DNA of 64,000 nt, from the NCBI GenBank assembly GCA_902826575.1, contig CADEFJ010000002.1:34771-98770 (forward strand). The letters are read 5' to 3'. The first letter of the stretch is position 1. Every line of letters begins with the position of its first letter. The DNA is from an uncultured Pseudomonadota bacterium. GTDB taxonomy: Bacteria > Pseudomonadota > Gammaproteobacteria > Steroidobacterales > Steroidobacteraceae. The notes beneath the pieces were generated by a model that saw nothing but the letters and a program-made list of their open reading frames with translations, made no database searches and was not told the DNA's origin. Shown here piece after piece: positions 60,393-64,000 of this stretch. The translations under genes were made by a program, and so were the position numbers.

Positions 60393-62935
60393 GCGCGTGC
60401 GGTGCCCGCCAGGCCGGCATCGTCCGCCGCCGTCGATGCGGGCTGCCTCCGGGTGCCCAGTTCGTGCGACTCGAAGTCGTCCACGTTGACGAGATGCATC
60501 ACCTTGCGATCGTAGTCGCGCAACATCGCGGCCTCCGTCTCCGACAGGATGCCCAGTTCGAGTCCCTGCCGGATCTGCCCCGGCAGGTCGAGCGCCGTGA
60601 CCCGGCCGGTCTTCACGCCCTCGACGCGCAGTCGTTTCTCGAGCGGCTCGGCGGTCTGCGCGAGTACCAGTGCTTCCTGCAGCAGGCCGAGCGCGTTGCC
60701 GGGTTCGAGCGTGCGATAAACGAGATTGCAGAGCCGGTCGCGCGATTCACCGGGCTGGGTGACGAGTTCTGCAAGCTTGCGTCCCAGGCGGTCGCCGGGC
60801 GCGAAGTAGGTGAGGCCGCGCGGGAAGATCAACAGGCGCATGCAGCCGGCGAGGAAGCGGTTCGGAAAGTTGCGCAGGAAGCCGTGCATCTGCTCCTGCG
60901 CGGTGTACATGAGGCTGCGACACGCCCATTCGACGATCGGCAGGTCCGCCTCCGGCCGGCCCTGGTTCTCGTGGTGCTTCAGCACCATCGAGGCGAGATA
61001 CATGCTCGAGAGCACGTCGCCGAGTCGCGCCGAAAGGTTTTCCTTCTTCTTGAGGTAACCGCCGAGGGTCAGCATCGCGACATCGACCGCGAAGGCGAAC
61101 GAGGCGCTGAAGCGCACGATGTGCTGGTAGTAGCGCGCAGTCGGGCCTTGCACCGGTGCGCGCGTGAAGCGCGCGAAGGTGAACGCCATGACGAGCGAAC
61201 GCACGGCGTTCGAGATGGCGAACCCCATGTGGGCGAAGAGCGCGCGGTCGAACTCATCGACGCCGGCCTTGCGATCCGGGTTGCGCGCCGCGTTCATCTC
61301 GCGCATCACGAACGGATGGCAGCGGATCGCGCCCTGGCCGAAGATGATGAGGTTGCGGGTCAGGATGTTCGCGCCCTCGACCGTGATCGCGATCGGGACC
61401 GCCTGGTAGCCGCGCCCCAGGTAGTTGTTGGGGCCGAGCATGATGCCCTTGCCGCCGTGCACGTCCATCGCGTCGTCGGCGACCTTGCGGGCGAGCTCGG
61501 TCGCGTGGTACTTGAGCATCGCCGCGGGCACCGCCGGCTTCTCGCCGCCATCGATCGCGCCGGTGGTCACGGAGCGCGCCGCATCGATGATGTAGGTGTG
61601 GCCGACCATGCGCGCGATCACTGCCTCGACACCCTCGAACTTGCCGACCGGCATGTTGAACTGGCGACGGATGCGGGCGTAGGCGCCGGTCGCGAACACG
61701 GCAGCCTTGGCGCCGCCGGTCGCATTCGCGGGCAACGAGATGCAGCGGCCCACCGACAGCTGTTCGATCAGCATGCGCCAGCCCTGGCCCGCCATTTTCG
61801 TGCCACCGATCAGCACGTCGAGCGGCACGAACACATCGCGACCCTCGAGGGGGCCGTTCTGGAACGGAATGTTCAGCGGCAGGTGGCGTCGCCCGATCGT
61901 GAGGCCCGGCGTATCGCGCGGAATCAGCGCGCAGCTTATGCCGATGTCCTGTACGTCGCCGATCAGTTTGTCGGGGTCGAACATGCGAAAGGCGAGGCCG
62001 ACCACGGTCGCGATCGGCGCGAGCGTGATGTAGCGCTTGGTGAAGTTCAACTTGAGGCCGATGATTTCCCTGCCCTGCCAGGTGCCGCGGCAAACGACAC
62101 CCGTATCGGGAATCGAGGCGGCGTCGGATCCGACGCGCGGGCCGGTGAGCGCGAAGCAGGGTACTTCCTCGCCGCGCGCAAGTCGCGGCAGGTAGTGGTT
62201 CTTCTGCTCCTCGGTGCCGTAGTGATTGAGCAGCTCGGCGGGTCCGAGCGAGTTCGGCACCGCCACGGTCGACGACGCCGTGGCACTGCGGCTCGCGAGC
62301 TTCGTGAGCACGCAGGAGTGCGCATAGGCCGAGAATTCGAGGCCGCCATATTTCTTCGGGATGATCATCGCGAAGAAGCCCTGGGACTTCAGGTAGTCCC
62401 ACACCGCGGGCGACATATCGCCGCGCAGGTGCGTAATGTCCCAGTCGTCGAGCATCCGGCAGAGCGTCTCGCACGGCCCGTCGATGAACGCCTGCTCCTC
62501 GGCCGTAAGCTGCGGCGTGTGGGTCGCGGCGAGCTTCTTCCAGTCCGGGGCGCCCGTGAACAGCTCGCCGTCCCACCACACGGTACCCGCCTCGAGCGCC
62601 TCGCGTTCCGTCTGCGACATGGCGGGCAGCATGCGCAGGTAGGTCTTCATGAACGGACGGGTGATCAGCGACTTGCGCAGCGGGCGGATCGTGAACAGCC
62701 ACAGCAGCGCGAGCATCACCCACAGGAAGCCCTTCCAGATGCCCGCCGGATGGCCGAGCGCGGTGTACGCCGCGAGCAGCACCGTGAAAGTGGCCGCAAA
62801 CGCGATCAGCGACAGGCGCTTGTATGCGAGGGCGAGCACCGCCGCCACGAACAGCAGCGTGATGATGCCGCCCACCTTGGTGACCGCGAAGATTGCCGCG
62901 GCCAGCAGGACCAGCGTGATGACCGGGCCGAGCAT
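60389..62935 (-). CDS. fadE: large membrane-anchored acyl-CoA dehydrogenase
   Basis: 848 aa. N-terminal TM helices are followed by an ACAD core and a long C-terminal extension, as in E. coli FadE. Confidence 0.9.
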   Translation of the reverse strand: MLGPVITLVLLAAAIFAVTKVGGIITLLFVAAVLALAYKRLSLIAFAATFTVLLAAYTALGHPAGIWKGFLWVMLALLWLFTIRPLRKSLITRPFMKTYLRMLPAMSQTEREALEAGTVWWDGELFTGAPDWKKLAATHTPQLTAEEQAFIDGPCETLCRMLDDWDITHLRGDMSPAVWDYLKSQGFFAMIIPKKYGGLEFSAYAHSCVLTKLASRSATASSTVAVPNSLGPAELLNHYGTEEQKNHYLPRLARGEEVPCFALTGPRVGSDAASIPDTGVVCRGTWQGREIIGLKLNFTKRYITLAPIATVVGLAFRMFDPDKLIGDVQDIGISCALIPRDTPGLTIGRRHLPLNIPFQNGPLEGRDVFVPLDVLIGGTKMAGQGWRMLIEQLSVGRCISLPANATGGAKAAVFATGAYARIRRQFNMPVGKFEGVEAVIARMVGHTYIIDAARSVTTGAIDGGEKPAVPAAMLKYHATELARKVADDAMDVHGGKGIMLGPNNYLGRGYQAVPIAITVEGANILTRNLIIFGQGAIRCHPFVMREMNAARNPDRKAGVDEFDRALFAHMGFAISNAVRSLVMAFTFARFTRAPVQGPTARYYQHIVRFSASFAFAVDVAMLTLGGYLKKKENLSARLGDVLSSMYLASMVLKHHENQGRPEADLPIVEWACRSLMYTAQEQMHGFLRNFPNRFLAGCMRLLIFPRGLTYFAPGDRLGRKLAELVTQPGESRDRLCNLVYRTLEPGNALGLLQEALVLAQTAEPLEKRLRVEGVKTGRVTALDLPGQIRQGLELGILSETEAAMLRDYDRKVMHLVNVDDFESHELGTRRQPASTAADDAGLAGTARA

Positions 62936-62941
62936 CCGCGC

Positions 62942-63478
62942 CTACTTCTCGATCTTCGTGATCTTCGAGCCTTCGAACGTCAGGTTGTACATCAGGCCCT
63001 TGTTCGAAAAGATGAAGCCGATGATCGGCTGCTGCGCGGTCTTGGTGTCGATCGTGCCACCCGCGCCGAGCGTCGCGAGCGCGACGCTGCCGTCGACGCC
63101 GGCCTTCCAGCCCTTGCTGTCGCGGAAGGTCTTCAGCGCATCGTCGGTCATGAACAGCACGATCTGCGTGCGCGCCTGCGCACCGAGCTGCAGGCCGATG
63201 GAGGCGGAGGCGATGTTGTAGTAATCGACGGTCGCGCCGCCGATCTGCAGCGCGCCCTCGCCGAATTCGCCGCCGATGCCGAAGCCGGCCTTGATCACGC
63301 TCGGGAACACGAGCACGCCCTTCGCCTTGGCGGCGAGTTCGGCGCCCGCCGAGGTGTGCTCGGCGAGTTTGGTCCTCGCCTCGCGCACTTTGGCATCGAG
63401 TTCTTCCTTCGAGTCCGCATGCGCCACCGGTACGGCGGCGAACGCGAGCAGACAGATCGCAGTCAGTGTCCTGATCAT
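62942..63478 (-). CDS. SYLF (Ysc84/DUF500) domain lipid-binding protein, exported
   Basis: It has a signal peptide followed by [24 protein letters not shown]...GLQLGAQ, which fits the family. Confidence 0.75.
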   Translation of the reverse strand: MIRTLTAICLLAFAAVPVAHADSKEELDAKVREARTKLAEHTSAGAELAAKAKGVLVFPSVIKAGFGIGGEFGEGALQIGGATVDYYNIASASIGLQLGAQARTQIVLFMTDDALKTFRDSKGWKAGVDGSVALATLGAGGTIDTKTAQQPIIGFIFSNKGLMYNLTFEGSKITKIEK

Positions 63479-64000
63479 GTCAGCAGCTCCTTGACTCCGT
63501 CACGTTCCTCGTGCAACTCGGCCAGTGTAGCGTCCATCCGCTTGCGGCTGAACTCATCGATCGAAAGGCCCGGCACGATCTGGTATTCGCCGTTCTTCGT
63601 GGTGACGGGGTAGGAATAGATGACACCCTCGGGGATGCCGTAGCTGCCGTCCGAGGGCACCGCCATGCTGAGGTAGTCGCCGGGCGCGGAGCCCTTGAAC
63701 CAGTCGCGGATGTGATCGATCGCGGCCGAGGCCGCCGAGGCCGCCGACGAGGCTCCACGAGCCTTGATCACCGCCGCGCCGCGCTGCTGCACCACCGGGA
63801 TGAACGTGCTCTCGAGCCAGGCCTGGTCGACGAGCGACTTCGCCGCCTTGCCGCCGATCAGCGCATGCGAGACGTCCGGGTACTGCGTGGCCGAGTGATT
63901 GCCCCAGATGATCATGCGCTGGATCTGCGTGACATGCGCGCCGGTCTTTTCGGACAGCTGCGACAGCGCGCGGTTGTGATCGAGGCGCGTCATCGCGGTG
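63475..64000 (-). CDS. mdh: malate dehydrogenase, C-terminal part (5' end lies outside the window)
   Basis: TRLDHNRA...[12 protein letters not shown]...[14 protein letters not shown] is the Mdh (LDH-like family) pattern. The frame is open to the window edge. Confidence 0.93.
   Translation of the reverse strand, partial: TAMTRLDHNRALSQLSEKTGAHVTQIQRMIIWGNHSATQYPDVSHALIGGKAAKSLVDQAWLESTFIPVVQQRGAAVIKARGASSAASAASAAIDHIRDWFKGSAPGDYLSMAVPSDGSYGIPEGVIYSYPVTTKNGEYQIVPGLSIDEFSRKRMDATLAELHEERDGVKELLT

Overview
Visibly GC-rich (third codon positions are almost always G/C), very gene-dense chromosomal segment. Gene content looks like a free-living gammaproteobacterium (Xanthomonadales/Nevskiales-like); this is a guess, not a computed assignment. 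I saw no rRNA, tRNA, CRISPR array, integrase or transposase, so this reads as core chromosome rather than an island. Gene order: the atp operon tail (atpH' A G D C); two small exported proteins; glmU; modBCA; a tryptophanase-like lyase; glmS; a LysM/lipoprotein/YqjD-E-K-like envelope stress set; rimO; redox, PEBP and methyltransferase genes; a tightly coupled chain ending in a His-rich COG0523 GTPase plus a WD40 protein; a glycosyltransferase; an M20 amidohydrolase; IorAB-type molybdoenzyme subunits; an NmrA-like protein plus a TLC-like transporter; a receiver/TonB_C protein plus a receiver/Ser-Thr kinase; GNAT; an S41 peptidase; dodecin; a DAK2-DegV fusion; orphan gspAB; a large beta-oxidation-type cluster with an embedded TonB-dependent receptor; a LysR regulator; then dinB, a DUF3667-like gene, fadE, a SYLF protein and mdh' (truncated at the window edge). 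Many long ORFs in the six-frame track are antisense or out-of-frame artefacts of the high GC content, and I trimmed several real genes to internal starts. The best candidate for something undescribed is the two-gene module at 31663-35066: a receiver-TM-repeat-TonB_C protein with a degenerate-receiver Hanks kinase and no histidine kinase nearby. Secondary points are covarying ~100-nt palindromic elements flanking atpG, a decayed GNAT gene fragment on the far side of the S41 peptidase gene, the COG0523-WD40 coupling, and a likely unannotated 45-aa membrane ORF. All family assignments come from motif recognition by eye. No searches were run.
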